A stretch of 50,215 bases of DNA from an uncultured Clostridia bacterium (lineage in GTDB: Bacteria; Aerophobota; Aerophobia; Aerophobales; B3-G15): assembly GCA_964482715.1 (NCBI GenBank), contig CAYZYX010000009.1:1-50215 (forward strand), written 5' to 3'. The stretch's first letter is position 1; every line of letters begins with the position of its first letter. Both the position numbers and the translations under genes were made by a program. The notes below the pieces were generated by a model. That model was not told where the DNA came from and did no database searches. It was given only the letters and a program-made list of their open reading frames with translations. Positions 18,879 to 27,829 of this stretch are shown here, in pieces.

Positions 18879-21616
18879 CTCTCACATAAAAGAGGATGTT
18901 TTCTGTTTTCTCCAACTCTTGTACTGTAATTCCAGCAACGAACACATTTTTTCCCCTCAGCCCTCTTCACTTTAACCTGTAAAGTGGAGTTTTCCCTTAG
19001 CTCTATTTGGGAAACTATAAAGATTTCTTTTAATTCAGAAAGGTCAAATCCACTTAAAATCTTTAGAGTTGAAGAGGGAACTTCAATTATTAACCTTGCT
19101 TCAAGAGAAGAAGATATTACACCTGCCTGACGCGAATCTTCCATTTTTTTCAAAACCTCTTGCCTTATCTGCATTATCTTATCCCATCTTTGTTCAAGTT
19201 CTAAGTTTTTAATATTATTATCCACCTGGGGCCAGGAGGAAAGGAATACGCTTTCCTTATTATCTTTCCGAATAGCTTTCATATAATTCCATACCTCTTC
19301 ACTGGTAAAAGAGAGAATCGGACTTGCAATCCTCACCAGAACATCCAAAATCTGAAACAGGGTCGTTTGAGCTGCTCTTCTCGGGGTAGAATCAGGAGGG
19401 AAAGTATAAAGCCTGTCTTTCAGGATGTCAAAATAAAAGGCACTTAAGTAATTGTTAGCAAAATTGTAAAGGTGTCTTATTGCTTCGTGAAATTTAAAGT
19501 TCTCGTAACAGACCGTAACTTTCTCTATTATCCCTTGCAGTTTAGACAATATCCATTTGTCGACTTCTCGTAATCTGTCATAAGATAAATTATTTTCAGG
19601 ATAAGAATAATCGTAAAGATTTCCCAATATGAAACGATACGAATTTCTCATCCTTCGATAAACTTCCACCGCATAGTTTAATATCTGAGAGGAAATACGA
19701 ATGTCTTCACCATAATCTTCAAGTGAGACCCATAATCTCAAAATTTCGGCTCCGTACTTTTTAACAATCTCTTGAGGATCAACAACATTTCCAAGAGATT
19801 TTGACATTTTCCTGCCCTCGGCATCTACTATAAAACCGTGAGTGAGAACTTTTTTGTAAGGGGGCCTATCTTTTAAAGCCATAGAAGTAAGAAGTGAGGT
19901 TTGAAACCATCCTCGATGCTGATCCGAACCTTCTAAATAAAGATCAGCTGGATCATTAAGTTCTTTTTCCTGAGTCAAAACCGCCTCATGCGAAACCCCT
20001 GATTCAAACCACACATCTACTATATCTTCTTCTTTCCTGAAGTCTGACCCACCACAATACGGACACTTAAATTCTGGTGGCAGGAAAAACTCGGCGTCTT
20101 TCTCAAACCAGACATCAGAGCCTTCTTTGAGAACCCACTCCCTCACCCTATCTATAACCTGTTTATCCAGGATTGGTTTTGCACAAATGCGACAGTAAAT
20201 TGCAGGAATCCCGACACCCCAGTACCTCTGTCGAGATAAACACCAGTCTGGTCTCTCTTCCACCATGCTTTCAATTCTGCTACGTGAACGATGAGGTATC
20301 CAGTCCACCTGAGAAGTTATAGCTTCTGTAGTTTTTTTTCTAAGATTATTTTCATCAATCAATAAAAACCACTGGGGGGTAGCTCTGAATATTACCGGAT
20401 TACCACATCTCCAACAATGAGGATAAGAGTGAGAGATAGTCTCCTGATAGAAAAGAATACCCTTTTTTATTAACTTTTCCTGGATTAAATCATTGGCCTC
20501 AAAAACTTGAATACCTTCCAGCTCCTTAACTTCAGAGGTAAATTTTCCTTCCCTGTCGACGGGTGAAAAAATGGGCAGGTCATTTTGCAACCCTAAGAAA
20601 TAATCTTCTTCCCCATGACCGGGAGCAATATGAACACACCCAGTTCCTTCCTCAACATTTACAAAATCAGCAAGGAGAACTTTTCCCTCCTCTACACAAA
20701 AAGGTCTTTTATATTTACTTCCCTGTAAAACTTTCCCTGGGAAACGGGCAACTACTTCTGATTTTTTAGAATTATCTATGCCTGGAAGATTCTTCAGGCA
20801 ATTGTTTGCCACCAGAACTAACTCCCCATTAACTTGAACCAGGACATATTCTACCTCAGGATGAACGGCTACAGCCTGATTAGCAGGAAGAGTCCAGGGA
20901 GTCGTGGTCCATATGAGAATGTAAATATCCTCCTGGGTTGGAAATGGCAATTTGTCCTTTATCAGGGGAAATTTAACATATATGGAGGGTGACTGTTTAA
21001 TCCTGTATTCAATCTCGGCTTCAGCTAAAGCCGTCTGACAGGTAAAACACCAGTAAATTGGTTTTAAACGACGATAAATGTATCCTTTTCTGGCCAGTTC
21101 TCCAAAACAGTCCACAATTTTACTTTCATAAACGGGATCCATGGTAAGATATGGTTTTTCCCAGCGTCCAAAGACTCCGAGTCTTTTAAACTGCTCTCTC
21201 TGTTTTTTAACAAAATAAAAAGCGAAATCTCTGGCCTTTTTTCGGAAATCAACACAGGAAATGTCCTGTTTTTTAATTCCTAATTTCTTAAACAGTTGAT
21301 ATTCTACGGGAAGTCCATGACAGTCCCAGCCAGGAACAAAAGGGCTATCATAACCTGCCAGTGTTTTGTATTTTACTATTATGTCTTTAAGAACCTTATT
21401 AAAGGCCTGTCCAAGATGAATATCCCCATTGGCATAAGGAGGACCATCATGAAGGATAAATTTGGGACCGCCTTTTCTGAGTTTTCTCATCTTTGCGTAA
21501 ATTTGCCTTTCTTCCCAGAATTTCAAAATTTCGGGCTCCCTCTGTGGAAGATTAGCACGCATGGGAAATTTTGTTCTGGGTAAATTGAGTGTTTTACTGT
21601 AGTCCATTTTCTTCAC
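18851..21616 (-). CDS. ileS: isoleucyl-tRNA synthetase type 1
   Basis: [12 protein letters not shown] (HIGH variant), [30 protein letters not shown]-terminal CxxC..CxxC. Confidence 0.97.
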   Translation of the reverse strand: MKKMDYSKTLNLPRTKFPMRANLPQREPEILKFWEERQIYAKMRKLRKGGPKFILHDGPPYANGDIHLGQAFNKVLKDIIVKYKTLAGYDSPFVPGWDCHGLPVEYQLFKKLGIKKQDISCVDFRKKARDFAFYFVKKQREQFKRLGVFGRWEKPYLTMDPVYESKIVDCFGELARKGYIYRRLKPIYWCFTCQTALAEAEIEYRIKQSPSIYVKFPLIKDKLPFPTQEDIYILIWTTTPWTLPANQAVAVHPEVEYVLVQVNGELVLVANNCLKNLPGIDNSKKSEVVARFPGKVLQGSKYKRPFCVEEGKVLLADFVNVEEGTGCVHIAPGHGEEDYFLGLQNDLPIFSPVDREGKFTSEVKELEGIQVFEANDLIQEKLIKKGILFYQETISHSYPHCWRCGNPVIFRATPQWFLLIDENNLRKKTTEAITSQVDWIPHRSRSRIESMVEERPDWCLSRQRYWGVGIPAIYCRICAKPILDKQVIDRVREWVLKEGSDVWFEKDAEFFLPPEFKCPYCGGSDFRKEEDIVDVWFESGVSHEAVLTQEKELNDPADLYLEGSDQHRGWFQTSLLTSMALKDRPPYKKVLTHGFIVDAEGRKMSKSLGNVVDPQEIVKKYGAEILRLWVSLEDYGEDIRISSQILNYAVEVYRRMRNSYRFILGNLYDYSYPENNLSYDRLREVDKWILSKLQGIIEKVTVCYENFKFHEAIRHLYNFANNYLSAFYFDILKDRLYTFPPDSTPRRAAQTTLFQILDVLVRIASPILSFTSEEVWNYMKAIRKDNKESVFLSSWPQVDNNIKNLELEQRWDKIMQIRQEVLKKMEDSRQAGVISSSLEARLIIEVPSSTLKILSGFDLSELKEIFIVSQIELRENSTLQVKVKRAEGKKCVRCWNYSTRVGENRKHPLLCERCWKVVERT

Positions 21617-22443
21617 ATCTCTTTTACTACTCTTTCAACTAAACGTGTGATTTTTGGCTCAGCTTTACTTGCTACTTCAATCACCTTTTTAAAATCTACC
21701 GGCTCTAACCGGTCAGGAATACACATATCGGTGATACAGCTTATCCCCAACACTCTCAATCCACAGTGTTTTGCCACGATAACTTCAGCTACAGTTGACA
21801 TGCCCACCGCATCTGCACCTATTAAATGAAAAAATCTATATTCTGCCCTTGTTTCAAAGTTTGGTCCGGTAACTCCTATATAAACCCCCCGATGACATCT
21901 AATACCTTCTTCCAGAGCAATCCTCTCTGTTAGCTCAATCAACTTATTATCATAGGGCTCAGACATATCAGGAAAACGTGGCCCTATGGTCTCATCGTTT
22001 GGACCTATCAGAGGATTGATTCCCGTAAAATTAATATGATCGGTAATAATCATTATATCGCCGGGCTTAAAATTTCTGTTCATACCTCCTGCTGCATTGG
22101 ATTCTATCAAAATTTCGATTCCCAAAGCTTTCATCACTCTTATCGGAAAAGTGACTTCCTGAGGAGAATACCCTTCATAAAGATGAAATCTACCCTGCAT
22201 GGCCACCACGTGTTTGTTACCGATCTTACCCAAAAGAAGATTACCAGCATGTCCGGGTGCCGTTGAATAAGCAAAGTGGGGAATCTTGGTATAAGGAATA
22301 ATTGTTTTATCCTGAATGCGTTCGGCCAATTTTCCGAGACCTGTTCCTAAAATTATACCCACCTGCGGTGTAAATTCTCGAACATTCTGAATGTAACCTA
22401 CGGCTTCTTCAATCTTTTCCTTTAGGGCCATTTTCAACACCAA
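21613..22443 (-). CDS. punA: purine nucleoside phosphorylase (trimeric PNP-I family)
   Basis: [32 protein letters not shown]. Confidence 0.9.
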   Translation of the reverse strand: MVLKMALKEKIEEAVGYIQNVREFTPQVGIILGTGLGKLAERIQDKTIIPYTKIPHFAYSTAPGHAGNLLLGKIGNKHVVAMQGRFHLYEGYSPQEVTFPIRVMKALGIEILIESNAAGGMNRNFKPGDIMIITDHINFTGINPLIGPNDETIGPRFPDMSEPYDNKLIELTERIALEEGIRCHRGVYIGVTGPNFETRAEYRFFHLIGADAVGMSTVAEVIVAKHCGLRVLGISCITDMCIPDRLEPVDFKKVIEVASKAEPKITRLVERVVKEM

Positions 22444-22445
22444 AA

Positions 22446-22874
22446 TTAAATATTAAGGAGTTCAGGTTTTTGTGCTGCATGAGAATGGTTTTCATCCGCA
22501 TAAATCTTCAATCTCTTTAATCTCTTTTTCCTCAGTTTATTCTTAGGTAGCATTCCTTTTACAGCTCTCCAGATGATCTCTTCCGGGTTTCTTTCCATCA
22601 GCTCCTCAAATGTTCTCTGTTTTAATCCTCCTGGATATCCAGAATGATGATAGTAGATCTTTTTCTTTTCTTTTCCTCCGGTAACTCTAACTTTATGAGC
22701 ATTTATAACCACCACAAAGTCTCCCATATCAAGATGAGGAGTATACTCCGGTTTATCTTTTCCCATGAGGAGTTTGGCTATTTCGGTAGCCAATCTTCCC
22801 AAAATTTTTCCTTTAGCATCAACCAACCACCACTTACGTGAAATTTCCTCCTTGCTGGGGATATATGTTTTCAT
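22446..22874 (-). CDS. rplM: 50S ribosomal protein L13
   Basis: [37 protein letters not shown]. Confidence 0.97.
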   Translation of the reverse strand: MKTYIPSKEEISRKWWLVDAKGKILGRLATEIAKLLMGKDKPEYTPHLDMGDFVVVINAHKVRVTGGKEKKKIYYHHSGYPGGLKQRTFEELMERNPEEIIWRAVKGMLPKNKLRKKRLKRLKIYADENHSHAAQKPELLNI

Positions 22875-22901
22875 TACGATCTCCCTTGTTTAACTTATTA
22901 T

Positions 22902-22940
22902 AAGGACTTTCCGGGAGCATGAAATTCCCGGAAAGTCCTT
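22902..22940. repeat. perfect 15-bp inverted repeat between tRNA-Glu and rplM
   Basis: AAGGACTTTCCGGGA (22902-22916), 9-nt loop, TCCCGGAAAGTCCTT (22926-22940). Confidence 0.85.
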
Positions 22941-22960
22941 TTTAGTTGAATATTTTTAGA

Positions 22961-23033
22961 TGGCGCCACGGGGATTCGAACCCCGGTCTGATGGCTGAGA
23001 ACCATCTATCCTGGTCCCCTAGACGATGGCGCC
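22961..23033 (-). tRNA. tRNA-Glu (CTC), CCA not encoded
   Basis: Acceptor GGCGCCA/TGGCGCC+A; anticodon arm GATGG-TT-CTC-AG-CCATC; GGTTCGAATCC T-arm. Confidence 0.95.
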
Positions 23034-23036
23034 AGC

Positions 23037-23110
23037 TGGCTGGGGGAGGAGGATTCGAACCTCCACTACCAGATCCAGAGTCTGGCGTCCTACCATTAGA
23101 CGATCCCCCA
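23037..23110 (-). tRNA. tRNA-Gln (CTG), CCA encoded
   Basis: Acceptor TGGGGGA/TCCCCCA+G+CCA (U1-A72); anticodon arm CCAGA-CT-CTG-GA-TCTGG; GGTTCGAATCC. Confidence 0.95.
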
Positions 23111-23119
23111 TCTTGCTCT

Positions 23120-24601
23120 TCAAGTTGAGCTTTTTACCTTTTGTTTATTTAACAAATCTAAGGTTCTGTCTATCCTCCGAATGACTTCATCTTTTCCTAA
23201 AACTGCTGCCAGCTCGAAAAGTCCTGGTCCCTTCATTCTTCCTGTTAAAGCCACTCTTAAAGGATGAAAGATCTTACTTGTAGAGAGAGAAAACTCCTCG
23301 GATAATTTACGGAGTAGCTTCTCAAGTTCCAGTTCACTAAAATGCTCCATCCTTTTAACTTCTAATTTTATTCTTTCCAGCAAACCAGGAACGTGGTCTT
23401 CTTTTAATCTTTTCTCTACAGCTTTAGACTCGTAGGTGTAATCTTTGTCAAAGAAAAAATCTGCAAATTCTACAATGTCAGACAATACCCTCAATCTATC
23501 TCTTTCCAGTTCAGCAATACGGCCCACCTTTCTGTAAGTTGCATCATCTATTTCTTCTCCAATCCATCCCTTTTTTCTCAGGTAAGGAATTATAAGTTTT
23601 GTAAGCTCTTCTTTAGACAATTTCCTTATGTACTCGGCATTCATCCATTCCAATTTTTGGGGATCAAATATAGCCGGACTTTTATTCACTCTATCCAGAG
23701 AAAATTTATCGATTAGCTCTTCTTGACTGAAGAACTGTTGACTGTCAGGAGTTGACCATCCTAATAGGGCCAAATAGTTTACCACTGCCCAGGGAAGATA
23801 CCCTTTCTCTCGATAGTAAGTAATGGAGGTTGCTCCGTGTCGTTTACTAAGTTTGGCACCATCCTTTCCCAAGATCATAGGTATATGAGCATACAATGGA
23901 ATTGAAAAGCCCAAAGCCTCATATATTAACAGCTGCCTCGGGGTATTGGAAAGATGGTCATCTCCTCTTATAACATGTGTTATTTTCATCAAAGAATCAT
24001 CAATCACATTGGCAAAGTTAAAAGTAGGCGTCCCGTCTGATTTGAGTATAATGAAGTCACCCAGTATTTTTCTGTCAAATTTAACCTCACCCCGAAGAAG
24101 ATCTCTAACCTTAAGTTCACCCGCACCTTCCACCTTAAACCGAACAGCAGGAACCCTACCTTCTCTCTCAAACTTTTCTCTCTGATGAATGGTTAAATTG
24201 CGACATTTTCCATCATAAAGAGGAGGTTTTCCCGCCTTTTGCATTTCCTTTTTTTTAGCTTCAAGTTCTCCAGTGGTACAGTAACAAAGATAAGCCTTCC
24301 CCTGTCTTAGTAGAAGTTCGGCGTATTCCTTGTAAATCGACAATCTCTCAGATTGATAATAAGGTCCATACTCTCCTCCCACCTCAGGTCCTTCATCCCA
24401 GTCCAATCCCAGCCATTTAAGATTTTCAATTATCGAGGTGGTAAAATTTTCCCGAGATCGTAAAAAATCTGTATCTTCTATTCGAAGTATAAATTTTCCT
24501 TTTTGGTTTCTGGCAAAAAGCCAGTTAAACAAAGCAGTCCGAACCCCCCCTATGTGCAGTTCTCCGGTTGGACTCGGGGCAAAACGAACTCTAACTTTCA
24601 T
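23120..24601 (-). CDS. gltX: glutamyl-tRNA synthetase
   Basis: RFAPSPTG, HIGG, RIEDTD, HVIRGDDH, KLSKR, LRVALTG. Confidence 0.96.
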   Translation of the reverse strand: MKVRVRFAPSPTGELHIGGVRTALFNWLFARNQKGKFILRIEDTDFLRSRENFTTSIIENLKWLGLDWDEGPEVGGEYGPYYQSERLSIYKEYAELLLRQGKAYLCYCTTGELEAKKKEMQKAGKPPLYDGKCRNLTIHQREKFEREGRVPAVRFKVEGAGELKVRDLLRGEVKFDRKILGDFIILKSDGTPTFNFANVIDDSLMKITHVIRGDDHLSNTPRQLLIYEALGFSIPLYAHIPMILGKDGAKLSKRHGATSITYYREKGYLPWAVVNYLALLGWSTPDSQQFFSQEELIDKFSLDRVNKSPAIFDPQKLEWMNAEYIRKLSKEELTKLIIPYLRKKGWIGEEIDDATYRKVGRIAELERDRLRVLSDIVEFADFFFDKDYTYESKAVEKRLKEDHVPGLLERIKLEVKRMEHFSELELEKLLRKLSEEFSLSTSKIFHPLRVALTGRMKGPGLFELAAVLGKDEVIRRIDRTLDLLNKQKVKSST

Positions 24602-24610
24602 TAGCTTGCC

Positions 24611-24739
24611 TTATTTGTTCTTATGTCTATTGGCTCTTCTTCTTTTCTTTCTTTTATGCTTGTTTATTTTTTTCTTTTTTCTCCTCTTATCTGAAATAAG
24701 TAAAGGAAAAACCTGTGTTAACTGTAGGGCTGTAAACAC
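24611..24739 (-). CDS. small basic protein, AURKAIP1/COX24 (ribosomal protein bS22-like) family
   Basis: Manually translated: (M)FTALQLTQVFPLLISDKRRKKKKINKHKRKKRRRANRHKNK*; GTG start 5 nt after AGGAGG; absent from the ORF track because <60 aa. Confidence 0.78.
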   Translation of the reverse strand: MFTALQLTQVFPLLISDKRRKKKKINKHKRKKRRRANRHKNK

Positions 24740-24781
24740 CTCTCCCTCCTTAGGGGTATCTGAATTTATAAGAGTATAATA

Positions 24782-24809
24782 ATCCTATGAATTTAGGAAG
24801 GTTTGTCAA
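24782..24809 (-). promoter_or_regulatory. candidate promoter of the bS22-like/gltX/tRNA unit (TTGACA-16 nt-TAGGAT)
   Basis: TTGACA overlaps the TGA stop of the TPR gene. Confidence 0.5.
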
Positions 24810-25492
24810 CCCTTCTTTTCCTGGAGGGTAAGCTGCTGAAGTTTAGCTTCTCCCAGGATGGCCTGTGAGGACAACGGATAACGAGAAATAAGAAGACTGT
24901 ACAGTTTCCGGGCTTCTTCATAGTTACCCTGAGACTCTTTGCACCTTGCCTGTCCTAAGAGAGCTTCAGGAGCAACGGAACTTTGACCAAATTTTTCCAC
25001 AATTTCCTGATAAATCTCTTCGGCTTTTCGGTAATCTTTTTTGTTTTCATAAAGCAAACCGAGTTTTAACTTAACCCATGGGGAAAAATAACTCCGGGAG
25101 AATTTTTTTTCAAATTCCTGTAAAATCGAGATACTTCTTTCATCATCTCCCAGTTCATGCAAACAACTGGCAAGATAAAAAAGAGCCTCTTCTTTATTAC
25201 CCCACCATGTCTTTTGTTTAGTTACCTCTTCAAAGAGAGATACAGCTTCTCGAAGCTTTGTTAATTTTTCTTCTTCGGCGGTAGCTTTCGCTTGAAGGTA
25301 AAGACTACGCGCCCTCACGAACTTTTCGTAAGTCTTTCGGTTGACATCGGTTACATACAAAAAAACTCCCACCACAATAACCATTATAACCAAAATAGAG
25401 ATAGTAAGTAGCTTTAATATCCTCTTTCCTTCCGGAGATCTTAAAAAGGAAAATTCCTTCTGTACAATTTTTGATTTTCGCATTTTCAACAA
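24806..25492 (-). CDS. membrane-anchored tetratricopeptide repeat protein (YfgM/BamD/CpoB-like)
   Basis: One N-terminal TM helix followed by TPR-like helices (EEALFYLA, APEALL..A, YP.S). Confidence 0.75.
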   Translation of the reverse strand: MLKMRKSKIVQKEFSFLRSPEGKRILKLLTISILVIMVIVVGVFLYVTDVNRKTYEKFVRARSLYLQAKATAEEEKLTKLREAVSLFEEVTKQKTWWGNKEEALFYLASCLHELGDDERSISILQEFEKKFSRSYFSPWVKLKLGLLYENKKDYRKAEEIYQEIVEKFGQSSVAPEALLGQARCKESQGNYEEARKLYSLLISRYPLSSQAILGEAKLQQLTLQEKKG

Positions 25493-26256
25493 CCTCTGAC
25501 GATGTTTAATTTTCCCCAGGCCCCCATTTTTCTACCCTTAATTATCAGACCCCCTTTTACCTCCGGGATTTCTTTTAAAAATTCCAGACCCTTTGGTATA
25601 TCCTTTTCGTCTTGTATTAAGTTTCCCACAGCCGTAGCCACCGCATCGGCTAAACTTGCCGAGGATGAGATAATAACCACTGCATCCGCTTTTCCTAAAC
25701 TAACAGAATGTCCGAATGTTCCTGCAGAGCAGCAAATTCCTATAGGTGTTTCTTGGGGGGTTATCTGCAAGGCTATTCGTCCACTCAGAGGAGAATCTCC
25801 AGCATATACTCCCACCTTTCTTTCTTTATCTATTTTCATAAATATATCTCCTCCATTTTCCACGATTACCTGTCTGCAGTAGTCAAGTAAATCTCTACCT
25901 ACAAACTCAGCTATTGCACCTGCTACTGCTGCCATAGGACCAACTCCTGCTTTTTGAGATGCCTCACACATAGCCCTTACAATAGAGGGCATCTTCTCAT
26001 CAACCGGATATGGTTCAAAAGTCTCTTTAAATAATGGATTATAATAGATGTAACGCTCAATATGTTCCCTGTACTTCAAAAGAGCTTCTTCAGTCTGACG
26101 TGAAAGATTCTTATCAGCAAGGACAAGAAGATCACTCTCTTTTATTTGAACTCTAAAAAGCACCAGGTCCCGGCGCTTTACAAGGCTACGATAAGCATGA
26201 TTTTTCTGCAATACTACCTCTCCCCACCTGATTATTTCTTTATTCTGGTAATTCAA
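25486..26256 (-). CDS. UPF0280 / ApbE-like protein
   Basis: VGPMAAVAGAIAE, VENGGDI, GHSVSLGKADA, LADAVAT; true start may be downstream. Confidence 0.88.
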   Translation of the reverse strand: MNYQNKEIIRWGEVVLQKNHAYRSLVKRRDLVLFRVQIKESDLLVLADKNLSRQTEEALLKYREHIERYIYYNPLFKETFEPYPVDEKMPSIVRAMCEASQKAGVGPMAAVAGAIAEFVGRDLLDYCRQVIVENGGDIFMKIDKERKVGVYAGDSPLSGRIALQITPQETPIGICCSAGTFGHSVSLGKADAVVIISSSASLADAVATAVGNLIQDEKDIPKGLEFLKEIPEVKGGLIIKGRKMGAWGKLNIVRGC

Positions 26257-26557
26257 TTCCTACAGCCTTTTTTATGAGTTGACGCAGTCTCTCTTCAGCA
26301 GCTTTTGAAACCTCCCGACCAAAACCAGGTATTATGGTTATAACAGGTAAATTTCTATTTTCGGTTATTTGATCAATGATATTAAGAAGATCCCGGGCAA
26401 TGGATTCTACCAGAAATATTATTCCGTAGCCCTTATTTACAGCCTCAAGAAGTGCTTTTTTACCTTCTTCTGCATTTTGAACCAGACTTGTCTCTATTCC
26501 CATTGCCCTAAAAGGAAGAGAAACATCTTTATCACTAATTATGAGAACCTTTGCCAT
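26240..26557 (-). CDS. V/A-type ATP synthase subunit F
   Basis: D.DVSLPFRAMG, YGIIF, PVITIIP, IKKAVG; SD GGAGGG. Confidence 0.85.
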   Translation of the reverse strand: MAKVLIISDKDVSLPFRAMGIETSLVQNAEEGKKALLEAVNKGYGIIFLVESIARDLLNIIDQITENRNLPVITIIPGFGREVSKAAEERLRQLIKKAVGIELPE

Positions 26558-26566
26558 ATCCCCTCC

Positions 26567-26595
26567 TTGACTAATTCATCAAATTTTCTTATACT
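26567..26595 (+). promoter_or_regulatory. near-consensus promoter (TTGACT-17 nt-TATACT) ending 6 nt before ATG 26602, implying a leaderless mRNA
   Basis: TTGACT 26567-26572, TATACT 26590-26595, no SD. Confidence 0.65.
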
Positions 26596-26601
26596 ATTAG
26601 C

Positions 26602-26784
26602 ATGAAAAAGATAAAGCTGAAAGAAAAATTAAAGAAAAAATGGAAAACTTTCATGATTTATATAAAAAATCTTGGTGATGAAAATAGTTATCTCTGTGAT
26701 AGTTGTCTTTTAGATTACAGATCCTGCAGAAACCCCGAGCGTCCCAATGCCAGAAAGTGCCCAAATTACCGACCCCGATATTAA
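26602..26784 (+). CDS. small basic Cys4 protein (C-x2-C-x6-C-x10-C), putative metal-binding
   Basis: 60-aa ORF filling the gap between the V-ATPase C and F genes, with its own promoter. Confidence 0.65.
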   Translation: MKKIKLKEKLKKKWKTFMIYIKNLGDENSYLCDSCLLDYRSCRNPERPNARKCPNYRPRY

Positions 26785-26791
26785 ATCAAAC

Positions 26792-27829
26792 TTAAACTCC
26801 CATTTTTTCCATTTCCTCTAAAGAAAGAGCCGCCTTTTTGGCGCGAAGAATTGCTCTTAAATTATTGATTTCCCATTTTTTCTGCCAGATGTAGTTTATC
26901 AAGGGTTCTCTCCCATAGGTCACATAAAAACCTCGATGGGTAAAATCAAGCAGAACATTTTTCTTCATGTCTTCAATTTTAAATAAACTGCCTTCCTCTT
27001 TCCACTCCTCCAATATTTTCTGTAAAAACGCAGCATACCCGGTCCCCTTTAAACAATCAAGTAAAGATTCTACTGGTCCCTCAGCGATTGAAGTAAGTTC
27101 CACGGTTGAAATACCACCCCCTTCAACTACAGATTGTGTAATAATTTCTCTTGCATCTTCTCTATTCCATAATTTGATCCTAAGACAAGTTTCTATATTG
27201 TAAATGTCGATAATCTTTTCCACCAGTTCCCTTAAAAAGGTATCATCAAAGCTTGTTAACAAATTAAATAGATACTGATAGTATCTTTTATCCAGAAAAA
27301 TATCTATTTCCCTTGAGGATGACTTCTTTTCCACAAGAACATGGACTTCTCTCATCAATTCTTTAAAAAATTCCGACAGGTTAAAAAAATCCTCCTTAAA
27401 CACAGCGTCTTTTAGCAAATTCGGATCTGTAGTGCCTGTAGCAGAAAGATAAATATCAGCTAAACTCATGTCCATTTGTCCGGTTTTAATTTTAAAAAGC
27501 ACTTTAATGTTGTGAAAATCCTGGTCCAGCCAGAAAACATCAACAAGCTCCTTTTCTGGAGCAAAACTCCGTAGCTCAAAATAGGTTCTTTTCCATTCTT
27601 CTTCAAGACCCCTTTCAAAATCTCCGGCACTCTCACAAACTTTCATTGAATCAGAATAAGGGTAAAAGCGTAATAAAATTTGAAAACTCTCCTCTAAACT
27701 TTTTCCTTCTCTAATCCGCATATAATCTGTTCCTTTAAATAAATACTTTTCCAAACCCCTTATTCTACCTGTAGGATAGATATAACGGGTATCCTTTGGA
27801 GCTATTTCCATCCACTGCATCTTAAACAC
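26792..27829 (-). CDS. V/A-type ATP synthase subunit C (AhaC/NtpC family)
   Basis: YIYPTGRIRGLEK, DFHNIKVL.K, IDIFLDK.Y, IDIYNI, EPLINY...EINNLR; start uncertain. Confidence 0.8.
   Translation of the reverse strand: MFKMQWMEIAPKDTRYIYPTGRIRGLEKYLFKGTDYMRIREGKSLEESFQILLRFYPYSDSMKVCESAGDFERGLEEEWKRTYFELRSFAPEKELVDVFWLDQDFHNIKVLFKIKTGQMDMSLADIYLSATGTTDPNLLKDAVFKEDFFNLSEFFKELMREVHVLVEKKSSSREIDIFLDKRYYQYLFNLLTSFDDTFLRELVEKIIDIYNIETCLRIKLWNREDAREIITQSVVEGGGISTVELTSIAEGPVESLLDCLKGTGYAAFLQKILEEWKEEGSLFKIEDMKKNVLLDFTHRGFYVTYGREPLINYIWQKKWEINNLRAILRAKKAALSLEEMEKMGV

Noticed and set aside
22946..23128. 60-aa + strand ORF
   Set aside because: It is the antisense of two tRNA genes
24438..24779. 113-aa + strand hydrophobic ORF resembling a membrane peptide
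   Set aside because: The F/L run is the reverse complement of the K/R-rich bS22-like gene, and it overlaps gltX
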